NCBI GenBank assembly: GCA_963840035.1
Contig: CAWIXE010000002.1
Span: forward strand, 864,001-928,000
Direction: 5' to 3'
Source of the DNA: a candidate division FCPU426 bacterium
GTDB lineage: Bacteria; Oederibacteriota; PGYV01; Palsa-1178
DNA: 64,000 nt
Shown: piece by piece, positions 41,193 through 51,100 of the stretch
How positions within the stretch are numbered: the first letter of the stretch is position 1
Layout: every line of letters starts with the position of its first letter
The notes under the pieces: model-generated
Database searches by the model: none
What the model saw: the letters and a program-made list of their open reading frames with translations, nothing else
Told to the model about the DNA's origin: nothing
Position numbers and translations under genes: made by a program

Positions 41193-42137
41193 CTACCGTC
41201 CCTCCACCCACCCAAAAACTTCCCTGTCCCAGGTCTTTTCATCGTCCTTCATATACGACAGGTGCCCGGCGTCCGGGAAGACCACCATCTTTTTCTCTCC
41301 TGCCAGGTTCTCATATATCTTTTCCCCCTGGCTGACAGATACCCTCTTGTCTTTTCCGCCCTGTAAAAGAAGCGTAGGTATTCTTATATCCTTTGCGTAC
41401 TGCCATGGGTTGTAGTTAAAAGCATTATATCCTTCTATGACACTGCCCCAGAAGACCAGTATTTCGGCAAAGGGCCATGACGGGGCTTTGAGGAGGTCAA
41501 ATCTGCGCCTGACAGTGTCCAAAAGCCCGGCAAATGGACTCTCTATGATTAGACATGATGGTTTAATCCCATAAGCGCTTATAGCCCGCATAGAAGCCGC
41601 GCTGCCCATGGATACCGCGTATATGATTATATTCTTGTACCCGAGCTCTACAGCTTTATCATAAGCCGCCTTCACATCTACAGCCTCATGATACCCCACC
41701 CCGGTGCTATTTCCCCCGGACCCGCCGCTGCCGTAAAAATCAACCAGCATGACCCCGTATCCGCGTGAAAGAAACTTCACAGCCTCGGGTATGAGCTGTG
41801 TTTTACTTTCAGTGTAGCCGTGAAAAAGAAGCAATATCGTATCCTTCTTACTGCCGTTAGCCAGCCAGCATTCCAAAGGTATGCCTTTAAAACCAGGAAA
41901 ATTTAAGACTTCGTATTTAAAAGAGGGTTTTATGGATTTGGATTCAGGTTTGGGGACTGTGACTCCGGTGAAAAGTGCGGTTGCTTTCTGGGTAAATGAA
42001 AGCTGCTCGGGTTTTAAGGGCTTGGGGCCTGATGAGGTGAAGTGGGTCATTTTGTAGGCGTGCATGAAGGCAATTAGGTTTAGAAGGATAAATAGAGTTA
42101 AAAGGGTTATGAGTATTCGTTTAATAGGTTTTTTCAC
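41193..42137 (-). CDS. Membrane-anchored alpha/beta hydrolase
   Basis: FHGY, AVSMG nucleophile elbow, D.RV, AGH. Start moved to GTG 42137 (GGAG RBS); the ORF track gives 42203. Confidence 0.88.
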   Translation of the reverse strand: MKKPIKRILITLLTLFILLNLIAFMHAYKMTHFTSSGPKPLKPEQLSFTQKATALFTGVTVPKPESKSIKPSFKYEVLNFPGFKGIPLECWLANGSKKDTILLLFHGYTESKTQLIPEAVKFLSRGYGVMLVDFYGSGGSGGNSTGVGYHEAVDVKAAYDKAVELGYKNIIIYAVSMGSAASMRAISAYGIKPSCLIIESPFAGLLDTVRRRFDLLKAPSWPFAEILVFWGSVIEGYNAFNYNPWQYAKDIRIPTLLLQGGKDKRVSVSQGEKIYENLAGEKKMVVFPDAGHLSYMKDDEKTWDREVFGWVEGR

Positions 42138-42310
42138 ACAGTCTCCAATTCTATTTATTTCCAATCTCAACTTTCCAGCGAAGCGCGTTATTACCCCATT
42201 CATCCCGAGCCTGTCGAAGGATATGCGCCCGGCTTGTCAGGTATTAAGTCAAGACCTGACCCCAATAATAATTAATTAATTTAATTTCATCCTTCCTTTT
42301 AATATTTGTG

Positions 42311-43144
42311 TTATTTCAAACCGATCTGCTTCCTTTGCAAAGGTAAAAAATTTTCTTTTGATACTACTTTTTTACCTGTTCTTCGTTCAATGTCTCTTCT
42401 TGTTCTGCCCGCAACAGCTCCGCCGTCGGCCGCATCCTTTTTTAGCGGGTTAAATCCTCTGGAATTTCTGTCCTGCGTAATTTTTGTCGTTGTGGCTTCA
42501 GCAAGCATTGTCAGGATCAATTCCAGGTCAGTCATGTGGTCTCTTAAGTTTTCGCGCTGCAAATTTTTTATCTTTTTATATTCAGCCACAGGCAGTTCAA
42601 ACGTTCCCTTCATTATTTCATTGGTCAGTATTGCGTATTCCCGTTCTGTTTCAACGTCTCTTTGCGCCCATTCATCAGTCAGGCTGTGCCTTACTGCTAT
42701 ACCCCTCATCCGCTTATCCACCCAGGATCTCGGGTACCCTTTCTTTTCGTAAAGTTCTTTCATCCTGGACATTGATAATTCAGGGTCCTCGATTTCATCT
42801 ATTCTTTCTTTCCCGACTTTTGCCAGCCATCTTTTTAATGGTTCAACTTTTTTTGATGGAATAGACTGTATAATCCTGAACATCGTTTCGGTATTTGCGC
42901 AGTCTGTTTCGTAATACTTACCATCGGAGGATTGGACTTTCAGTTGTCCGATTTTTTCGGACAACTCGGCATATCCCTCTGTTTTCAGCTTCTTTTTTAA
43001 GTCATTCCAGTATTTACGGGGTCTCTGGCTGTCTGTCAGCACATAAACCACATCTATGATTGAAAACCACCATTCCCCATTATTCATAATTTTTCTGACG
43101 GTTTTACCGTGAAATAGGTCTAACTTTTTGGTTTCTTTTTTCAA
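42311..43144 (-). CDS. Bro-N domain (phage antirepressor-like) protein
   Basis: WWFSIIDV, YWNDLK, RIIQSIPS.K.EP.K.WLA.VG.ERIDEI.DPE, NLRDHMT.LEL. Confidence 0.88.
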   Translation of the reverse strand: MKKETKKLDLFHGKTVRKIMNNGEWWFSIIDVVYVLTDSQRPRKYWNDLKKKLKTEGYAELSEKIGQLKVQSSDGKYYETDCANTETMFRIIQSIPSKKVEPLKRWLAKVGKERIDEIEDPELSMSRMKELYEKKGYPRSWVDKRMRGIAVRHSLTDEWAQRDVETEREYAILTNEIMKGTFELPVAEYKKIKNLQRENLRDHMTDLELILTMLAEATTTKITQDRNSRGFNPLKKDAADGGAVAGRTRRDIERRTGKKVVSKENFLPLQRKQIGLK

Positions 43145-43211
43145 GTAACACCTCGATCCAATATTCTAGTCAGCCTGGACTGGAGCCGCCAAGTGTGTTT
43201 TAATCTAAATA

Positions 43212-43241
43212 AAGTATACGCTTTGTATACTTGTATGTCAA
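43212..43241 (-). promoter_or_regulatory. Sigma70 promoter with overlapping palindrome
   Basis: TTGACA-17-TATACT; aagtatac-N5-gtatactt. Confidence 0.65.
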
Positions 43242-43357
43242 TAATATTTTGGTTTTGTGATAAATATCAACTATCAACCGGGGACTGGTACTATTTTTTG
43301 CTATAATAAACACGTGAGTACATCACAACACAATTGTTCATTGTTAATTATTAATTG

Positions 43358-43516
43358 TTAATTGCCCCTTTCCGCCTTTCGTATCTTATTCCACCTATCC
43401 CCCACATACGGCCAGTGTTCCCAACCTTGCTCATTATATCTAAAATCCCCATCCCACGCAACGCATGCCCAGTCAAGTTCAAGGCCTTGGACGTGGAATT
43501 CAGTGGCTACGTCTTG
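43358..43516 (-). pseudogene. Internal fragment of a DUF2075 (Schlafen-group-3-like helicase) gene
   Basis: Hand translation QDVATEFHVQGLELDWACVAWDGDFRYNEQGWEHWPYVGDRWNKIRKAERGN*; no start codon. Confidence 0.75.
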
Positions 43517-43585
43517 TCAACTATTAACTCGCCTTGCCAGCCGGAGCAGTACTATCGCGGAGGCTGGAGGTCTGGTACCATTTTT
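43517..43585 (+). repeat. 69-bp element, copy 1
   Basis: 68/69 identical to 45680-45748. Confidence 0.9.
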
Positions 43586-43797
43586 ACTGGTATGAAAGTA
43601 CCTGTCCGGAATATCGGCAATAAATACCTCCATCAATTTTAACAAAGACACCGGAAAACACGTCCCACAATCCCACATATTCTTATAACGCTTATGCTGA
43701 ATTTGTCAAGATTATAGATTGAGGATTCCGGCCCCGAAACATTTATTAGTTTGTCATTTTAGTGCCGATTTAAGAATCGCTCAACCTATGGAATCTT

Positions 43798-44751
43798 GTA
43801 GAGACGGGGCTCGTCCCCGTCTCGCCTTAAACACCGAGACGCCCGCGAGGGGCGTCTCTACAGGTTTGTTTGTGTCGTTGTATGGGCGATTCATGAATCG
43901 CCAATACAAATAAATTTCGTAGAGACGGGGCTCGTCCCCGTCTCGTCTTAAACACCGAGACGCCCACAAGGGGCGTCTCTACAGGTTTGTTTGTGTCGTT
44001 GTATGGGCGATTCATGAATCGCCAATACAAATAAATTTCGTAGAGACGGGGCTCGTCCCCGTCTCGTCTTAAACACCGAGACGCCCACGAGGGGCGTCTC
44101 TACAGGTTTGTTTGTGTCGTTGTATGGGCGATTCATGAATCGCCAATACAAATAAATTTCGTAGAGACGGGGCTCGTCCCCGTCTCGTCTTAAACACCGA
44201 GACGCCCACGAGGGGCGTCTCTACAGGTTTGTTTGTGTCGTTGTATGGGCGATTCATGAATCGCCAATACAAATAAATTTCGTAGAGACGGGGCTCGTCC
44301 CCGTCTCGTCTTAAACACCGAGACGCCCACAAGGGGCGTCTCTACAGGTTTGTTTGTGTCGTTGTATGGGCGATTCATGAATCGCCAATACAAATAAATT
44401 TCGTAGAGACGGGGCTCGTCCCCGTCTCGTCTTAAACACCGAGACGCCCACGAGGGGCGTCTCTACAGGTTTGTTTGTGTCGTTGTATGGGCGATTCATG
44501 AATCGCCAATACAAATAAATTTCGTAGAGACGGGGCTCGTCCCCGTCTCGCCTTAAACACCGAGACGCCCACGAGGGGCGTCTCTACAGGTTTGTTTGTG
44601 TCGTTGTATGGGCGATTCATGAATCGCCAATACAAATAAATTTCGTAGAGACGGGGCTCGTCCCCGTCTCGTCTTAAACACCGAGACGCCCACAAGGGGC
44701 GTCTCTACAGGTTTGTTTGTGTTGTTGTATGGATAATTCACGAATCGCCAA
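43798..44751 (+). repeat. Tandem array of eight 121-bp units, each with three hairpins (BIME-like)
   Basis: Units start at 43798, 43919, 44040, 44161, 44282, 44403, 44524 and 44645 (last truncated). Confidence 0.97.
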
Positions 44752-44885
44752 AACCGGGTACAGCCTGTCCCTTGTTCCTTGCCGCTGTACTGACCAACAC
44801 AAACAGCGTACTTGTCACGTCTCAGGTAAGGACCTGCCCCATTCTTTGGCTAAAATCAACGTGTACAGGTTATAAGATACAGGTA

Positions 44886-45584
44886 TCACATCCTGTCGAG
44901 CTTGACGTCATCTATAAACACGGCTACGTTGGCGCTGTCATCGAGCACTGTCGAAGAGTGGGTAATTGTGATTGAAATGTCGTTTAACGACGAGAGTATC
45001 TGCTGCCTGGTGGAGCCGAGCTCCTCAAAATCCGTAAAGTTGAGGGTAAAAGTCTGCCATGTCCCCGGAGTGGGTGTGAGCACGTATTTCAGCCCGTTTC
45101 CAAGGTTGTCATTAAGCCTGATTTCGTAACTTAAGCTGCCGGTTCCGGCGCTGATAACATCAAATTTTATCCTGAATTTTATGTAGGTCTGATATGAAGC
45201 GTCCAAAAAATCCGTATTGGATGTCATCAGGTACGTGCCTATTACCAGGGTCCCCAGGAAACTGGATGTGCCGTAATGTGCCTGCGCGGTCCCGGTCACA
45301 GCAAGGCAGGCGCTGTTTTCATCAGAAGTTGAAATGGACAGCCCTGTATGAGTACTTCCTGTAGAGCCGGTGACAAACCAGTAGTTAGTTGAGACGGCGG
45401 CAGATACGGAGTTATTCAGGTCGCCGTCGGTAAAATCATCCACATAAACCGGCGGGGGCGTCGGAGTCGGTGAAGGAGTTGGGCCGGAGTCATTTTTTTT
45501 GCATGAGACCGAAAAGAACATCGTAACGACGAATACCACTGCCAGTGCCTGTATCATTTTCTTATTGAACATAAACCCTCCCAT
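44886..45584 (-). CDS. Lipoprotein with CIA30/CBM11-like domain
   Basis: SVSC-KKND lipobox, PT linker, VDDF..WQTFTLNF.DF..FIDDVKL; likely start 45572. Confidence 0.75.
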   Translation of the reverse strand: MGGFMFNKKMIQALAVVFVVTMFFSVSCKKNDSGPTPSPTPTPPPVYVDDFTDGDLNNSVSAAVSTNYWFVTGSTGSTHTGLSISTSDENSACLAVTGTAQAHYGTSSFLGTLVIGTYLMTSNTDFLDASYQTYIKFRIKFDVISAGTGSLSYEIRLNDNLGNGLKYVLTPTPGTWQTFTLNFTDFEELGSTRQQILSSLNDISITITHSSTVLDDSANVAVFIDDVKLDRM

Positions 45585-45679
45585 AGTATTGCGGCCATGC
45601 CGCAGTTGTAATTAATTACTAAAACCCCGATCCAAATTACCGCCCATCAAACCATAGAAGCGCAGTAAAATCAAATTTA

Positions 45680-45748
45680 TCAACTATTAACTCGCCTTGC
45701 CAGACGGAGCAGTACTATCGCGGAGGCTGGAGGTCTGGTACCATTTTT
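45680..45748 (+). repeat. 69-bp element, copy 2
   Basis: Direct repeat of 43517-43585. Confidence 0.9.
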
Positions 45749-45771
45749 TTAATCCCATTATGCCCGTTAGC

Positions 45772-46695
45772 CTAATAACAATTCATAAAATATAAAGCCG
45801 GTGAATATGAAGTTGTGCTAAGTGTCCCCGGTGACGCCGGCATGTTTATATCAGGGTCTGCGGTAACATCCATATATCGCCCTCCGGCTACCGGGTAATG
45901 AGCATATATCGTACTACTTCCCACAAGTCCGATCCAGTAGTCCCCTGCTAAAAGGACAGTGTCAGGAAATGAGTAATTTGCCCATCCCGCAGTTCCGTTC
46001 TGTAACGCGCTTTGCGCGATTAGCGCGCCCGGTTCGCCGCCGCTGTCGCCATATATGCCGGCCCTTAAATAGCCTCCGGAGCTATAACATTTTGCCGCGT
46101 ATGCGTTGACCGTAATCGTTGAAGAAACAGTGTATTTGAAAAAAACTATATATCCGCCGGCCCATGTCGTGGCAGTGTCGGTAAAATCACCCAGCATGTT
46201 GGTACAGCCGGTGGTCGAAACCGGAGTCAGGGTGCAGGTGGCTGTAGCTGTAACGGTAGCTGTTGGCGTGGTTGTCGGGCTCACAATCGGGTTTCCGGAA
46301 CAGTCCAGTCCGGTAGCACTAAGCCCTGAGCACATCAAGTTACCGGAGACGCACATTAAATTACCGGCGTAACGCTGCCCGTCCTGGCAGTCATAACAGA
46401 CACCTCCGGTGTCTGTCAGGTGGTTGTCTGTTACACCGTCGCAGTCATCGTCTATGCCGTTACAGACTTCGGCGGAAGGTTTTGTATTGCAGCTGCAGTT
46501 TCCAAAAGGATAAGTTGACGGGTCGTCATTTATGCATGTAGTTGTGGGCGTGGCCGTGGAACTGGCCCCGGGCGTAATAGTGGCCGTGTATGTCGCCGCA
46601 TTCTGGTTTGTAGGCGAAGATGGCGCTTTACTTGCGCATTGAGATAAAACAACCAGCGCTGAAAATACAAAGATAACAGCCATAATTTTTCTCAT
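45772..46695 (-). CDS. Lipoprotein with Cys-rich MopE-like metal-binding motif, Thr linkers and beta-sandwich
   Basis: LSQC lipobox; AEVCNGIDDDCDG motif. Confidence 0.8.
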   Translation of the reverse strand: MRKIMAVIFVFSALVVLSQCASKAPSSPTNQNAATYTATITPGASSTATPTTTCINDDPSTYPFGNCSCNTKPSAEVCNGIDDDCDGVTDNHLTDTGGVCYDCQDGQRYAGNLMCVSGNLMCSGLSATGLDCSGNPIVSPTTTPTATVTATATCTLTPVSTTGCTNMLGDFTDTATTWAGGYIVFFKYTVSSTITVNAYAAKCYSSGGYLRAGIYGDSGGEPGALIAQSALQNGTAGWANYSFPDTVLLAGDYWIGLVGSSTIYAHYPVAGGRYMDVTADPDINMPASPGTLSTTSYSPALYFMNCY

Positions 46696-46805
46696 GTAAA
46701 CCGCCTCCGATTATTCCGTGTAATTGTAAACTGATTTATTTATTATATATGATTTTCAGGGCGAGTCAACGCCATAAAATTTGACCCCATCACCTCAACT
46801 TTTTA

Positions 46806-47060
46806 TTACTCATGTCTGTCCCGGTTTTTAACGCTCTTGCCGGAGACGGATTCAAGATACATCCGCTCGACCTTGATTCTTGCCCAGTTATTTTTCCGCA
46901 GAAATTTCAGACTCGAGCTGACGCTCGGATTGGAGAAAAAACAGTTAATCTTTACCCGGCGGTTCATTTCTATCCATCCGAATTTTTCCACGAGATAATT
47001 CAGTATCTGCTCAAGGGTGATGCCATGAAGCGGATTATTAACTTGAGAATCGCCGGCCAT
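46806..47060 (-). CDS. VF530 family (DUF2132) DNA-binding protein
   Basis: NPLHGITLE.I...LV...GW..INCF..NPS..SSLKFLRK..WAR.KVE..YL. Confidence 0.92.
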   Translation of the reverse strand: MAGDSQVNNPLHGITLEQILNYLVEKFGWIEMNRRVKINCFFSNPSVSSSLKFLRKNNWARIKVERMYLESVSGKSVKNRDRHE

Positions 47061-47184
47061 TAAAAACCTCCTGCATCAATGCATTGAAAATTTCGCATAT
47101 TATCATACCAAAGAGTATAACATAAAACCGGCCGGTTACACTAAAGCCTTACACCGGCCCTTGACTTAAGACATGAAACGTCCC

Positions 47185-47263
47185 GGTTCAGACCTTGCTT
47201 ATAGCATTCAAACCATATCCCATTAGTTTGACTTTATCAATGCTCTAAGCAAGGCCTGCCCCC
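47185..47263. repeat. Small inverted-repeat element (CAGnCCTTGC..GCATT / AATGC..GCAAGGnCTG)
   Basis: cagaccttgcttatagcatt ... aatgctctaagcaaggcctg. Confidence 0.65.
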
Positions 47264-47517
47264 GATCCATGCTTAACCATATAATAATCGCGCCCCAGCG
47301 CAATAGACGACAATTGTTAATTCTTAATTGTTAATTGCCTTTTTGCCGTTTCTTTGTCAATTCCGCCCTGCTCTTATTGTATATAGTTTAATCATTTAAA
47401 AAGGTTTTTCCAAAACCCCGCCCCACCCCGTGAAACCAACCGTCTCCCCACCATTGCTTTTCCACGGTTATTATATTATATGTTAACTAAGATGACTTCC
47501 AAACAGGAGGTGCGCTC

Positions 47518-48063
47518 ATGATTATTGGATACTTGTTTCCTGCCGCGATTTATACCTTTTTCTACCTCCAGCACTATAACTTCATCAAAGCTCACCCGCA
47601 CGACCAGGCTGCCATCTGGATGAACATCATTTTAGCCGTAGTACTTGTCATTACAGCCATAGTATTCATTTACGCGGCCATAAAAGAAGCGCTTGATGCC
47701 GCGGATATGGAAAAGGCTGAAAAAGAGTGGCAGGTAAGGCGTGAAAAAGAAGCGGCTGAAAGAGATGAAGCGGCGCGAAAGGACAAGAAACTATGGGAAG
47801 AAAATATGAAAAAACTGCGAGAAGAAAGGTCCAGCAAAATCGAGGAAGAAAAAACAGCCTTCTCAGTCAAGGCATACAACGAAAGATACTACGGAGCCCC
47901 CGGCTACCGTGAAAAGATGTGCCCGGAAGAAATCCTGAAAGCATTTAAATCCACAAACGGCCCCATGCTCCCCGAAATCCCCGGAGAGGTCAGGGTGAAG
48001 ACTGCGGAGTATACCAGGATGGTTAGGGAGACTTGTGATAGGTTGGGTGAAAGGTTTAATTGA
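47518..48063 (+). CDS. Hypothetical protein with two TMs and a coiled coil
   Basis: AGGAGG RBS; hydrophobic N-terminus, E/K-rich helix. Confidence 0.75.
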   Translation: MIIGYLFPAAIYTFFYLQHYNFIKAHPHDQAAIWMNIILAVVLVITAIVFIYAAIKEALDAADMEKAEKEWQVRREKEAAERDEAARKDKKLWEENMKKLREERSSKIEEEKTAFSVKAYNERYYGAPGYREKMCPEEILKAFKSTNGPMLPEIPGEVRVKTAEYTRMVRETCDRLGERFN

Positions 48064-48142
48064 AAATCTTAATTAGAGTCATGAATCAGGCTCTGGAACC
48101 TTGATTCACTCCGGTTATTGCTTCCTGGCGTCCATAATTTTA

Positions 48143-51100
48143 TTAAACATTCAAAAGCGCCTTAAATCTATCCCCATAAACAATCGATTCTCTTAATTGT
48201 TTAAATATTTCCGGATTTTGTCTGGCTATTTCCTTGACCGTCTTTTTTTTGTCTAATTTAACCGCCATCTCAAGCAGCCCCATCGCTTCAGACAAATATG
48301 AATCTTTTGATATTTTAGGATTTTTTCGCGCTATAAAGCAAAGAGTCCTGGCCTTTCCGTAAAGCGCGTCAGGATAGTCATGCCTTATTTCTATTGCGGC
48401 TGAATACGCTTTAAGGGCTTCATTATCCCTGTAAAGCTGGCCCAAAAGGAATCCGGACTCCTTAAAAGCCTCCGCATAATTGGGTTTTAAGCGGATGGCC
48501 TCCTCATATTCCTTTAATGCGTCGCCTCTTTTTTCTTTGCCAAATTTCGTAAGTATATAGCCTCTTGTATAGTGTGCAAACGCGTTATTGGCGAGCACAT
48601 CTTTTGCGCCATCTATTACTTCAAGAGCCCTGCCAAAATCGCCTAAATTCGCTAAAATTGCCGCGTGTTCGCATATCGCGTCAGGCATTGCAGGATTCAG
48701 TTCAAGCGCTTTTTTAATAATATCAAGGGCAAGTTCATGTTTTGAATCAGTGGTATATGCCCTGGCAAGCTGGCAATACGACATGATATTTGACGGGTCC
48801 AGGTCTATGGCCTTTTTATAGTCACTTATGGCGTCATTTAAGCGGCCTTTTGTGCGGATCACAGTTTTTGCCCTATTGACGTATAATTCTGCCTCAAAAG
48901 GATACAAATATATCATGGTGTTAAATTCTTTTTCAGCGTCCGCTAATTTGCCGTTACGCGCAAGTGAAATCGCCCGCATGAAGCGCCTGAAGTCAACCTG
49001 ATATCCGAGGCTAACAGCTTTATTCCAGTCGTTTTTCGCCGCCTCTTCATGGCCCGAACCCAGTTCATGGTAAATTTCAGACCTGAATGCGTATAACTCC
49101 GCGAAATCAGGGTTTAACTTGATGGCTTTATCAATTTCACTTATTGCTTCTTTGAGTCTTGAAAGCTTTACCAGCGCAATGCTTTTTAAATGGTAATAGC
49201 TTGGTTTCTTCCCATTTATTAAAATTGCCTTGTCATACTCGGCAACAGCCTTCTCATAATCATTCATTTTAGCGTATACTATTCCTTTATTGGAATAAGC
49301 TCCGTCATATTTTCTTCGTATTACTATCGCCTTATCGAACGCCTGCAGAGCCGTGTCATAATACCCCTGCTGTGAAAGCGCCATACCAAGCCTCAAATAC
49401 GCGTACGCGTTGTTGGAATCATATTCCAGGGCGTTGTTTAATGCTGTAATAGCATCCGGCAGCCGCCTCATTAGGCCCAGGATTATTGCTTTATTTACGT
49501 ACGCATCTGAAAACTCCGGCCGTAAAGCCAGCGCGTTTTCAACCGCGGTGAGCGCTTCAGGAAAATCACCTTTGCGCCCAAGTATATAACAGCGGTTATT
49601 CCAAGCGTCGGCAAATTCCGGATTTAACTCTATTGCTTTTGAGTTTTCTTCTAGGGCTTTTTCTATCTGGTCCGAACGGGCGTAATTATATCCAAGCCCA
49701 TAATGAGCGTATGCGTTATCGGGATTAATTTTCAGGATTAACTCAAATAAGCGCTGTGAACGCTCAAAGTCTATCTGGTGCGAATAATACCGGCTCAGAT
49801 ATTCGAGCCCTTCCTGATCAAGCGATTTTTCCATGGATTGTGCTGTCTTTTCAAACCGGTCGTCCTCAGATAACAGGTCTTCCGGGTATTTTACGATTTT
49901 GATTAAAAATCCCGGGTGAGGTTTTACTTTTCCTTCTGATAAAGGCTCAAGCATGAAGTATCGTTTTTCAAGTTCACACAGGTCTTTTTCCAGGCTTACC
50001 CTGTCAGAGCCGCAGCCAAAAACATTTTCTAAAATATGCTGTATTCGGACAACAGCCTGCGGTATGCCGACGGAATCCAGCAGTTTCATAGCCTGAAGCA
50101 GCCGTTTGCCGTGCGGATCAAGGTTTTCATATTGTGCCGTCATATTTTCGTACTGCAAATACTGAGTTATGTCGCCGGGCAGCGGATAGTTGCGCTCCTG
50201 GGTTTCATCCCATTCTAACCCGACTTTTTTCGATAATTCTTCACGCTGCGAAACGGTCATAGGGACAAGCCTGTATTTTTGCAGATAATCTTCGCAGAAA
50301 CGGACGACTGTATTGCCTGCACTTTCCAGAAGCAGAGAATAATTCGCCCCTTTACGGCAGGTTGCGGCTACAGCATAATTCCCGCCCGTAGCTTCACCAG
50401 TCAATTTGGCAAATGAGATAATATCGTAATTCTCACGCGCCAACTGATCTATATCATCCAGCAGTATTATAACCTTTCTATTCTTTAAAAATGAAAAAGC
50501 ATTTCTGTCCGGCACCGGTTTTTTTGCGGCCGGGGAAATAACCACATAATCCTTTAAACCTATAAGTATATTCAGCATGGCAAGTGTTTTTCCGGCATTA
50601 AATGTATCTACCATCAGCAATCCGCGGCCGCCGCCTTCCCGCAGCTTCTTCCTGAGTGCTTTTTCTGTAAACTTACGGCCTTCGTCCGCTTCCGGATCAT
50701 AATCGCTTTTATCCCATACAAACTCTCTATGTATATAAGATTTTTCAAAAAACGGCCTTGTCCCGTCTTTAAAGTCCTTTTTTTCACCCGATTTTACTTT
50801 TTCAAATCTCAGGTCAGCAAGAGTTAGTTCATTAGTATTTTTGCAAAGCGCAAAAGACTCAATACGGCGCATCGTTTTAAGCCTTAATTTATTTATTATA
50901 AAACCGGATAACCAAATGATAAAATTTAAAGTAATAAAAACCATAATGGACGACATTATTACAGGATGCCTGTTTGCGAATTCAACTATCGCCACAGACG
51001 CGGGGTCCCTGTTAAGAAAACTTATAACGATGCTGATAATTAGCGCAAGTAATGACAAAGAATTAAAAACTATAAACGCTATGGATTTAGACATCAAAGT

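Noticed and set aside
42311..43144. Prophage (Bro-N antirepressor-like gene)
   Set aside because: No structural, packaging or integrase genes nearby.
43719..44741. Repeated short ORFs (MYWRFMNRP.., MWASRCLRR..)
   Set aside because: Translations of the 121-bp repeat, which is not a multiple of 3; no RBS.
43798..44751. CRISPR array
   Set aside because: Whole units are near-identical with no unique spacers, and no cas operon is present.
1061..46372. Val/Ala-rich plus-strand ORFs (1061, 4071, 11161, 27146, 31675, 32332, 46106)
   Set aside because: Antisense shadows of Thr-rich linkers.
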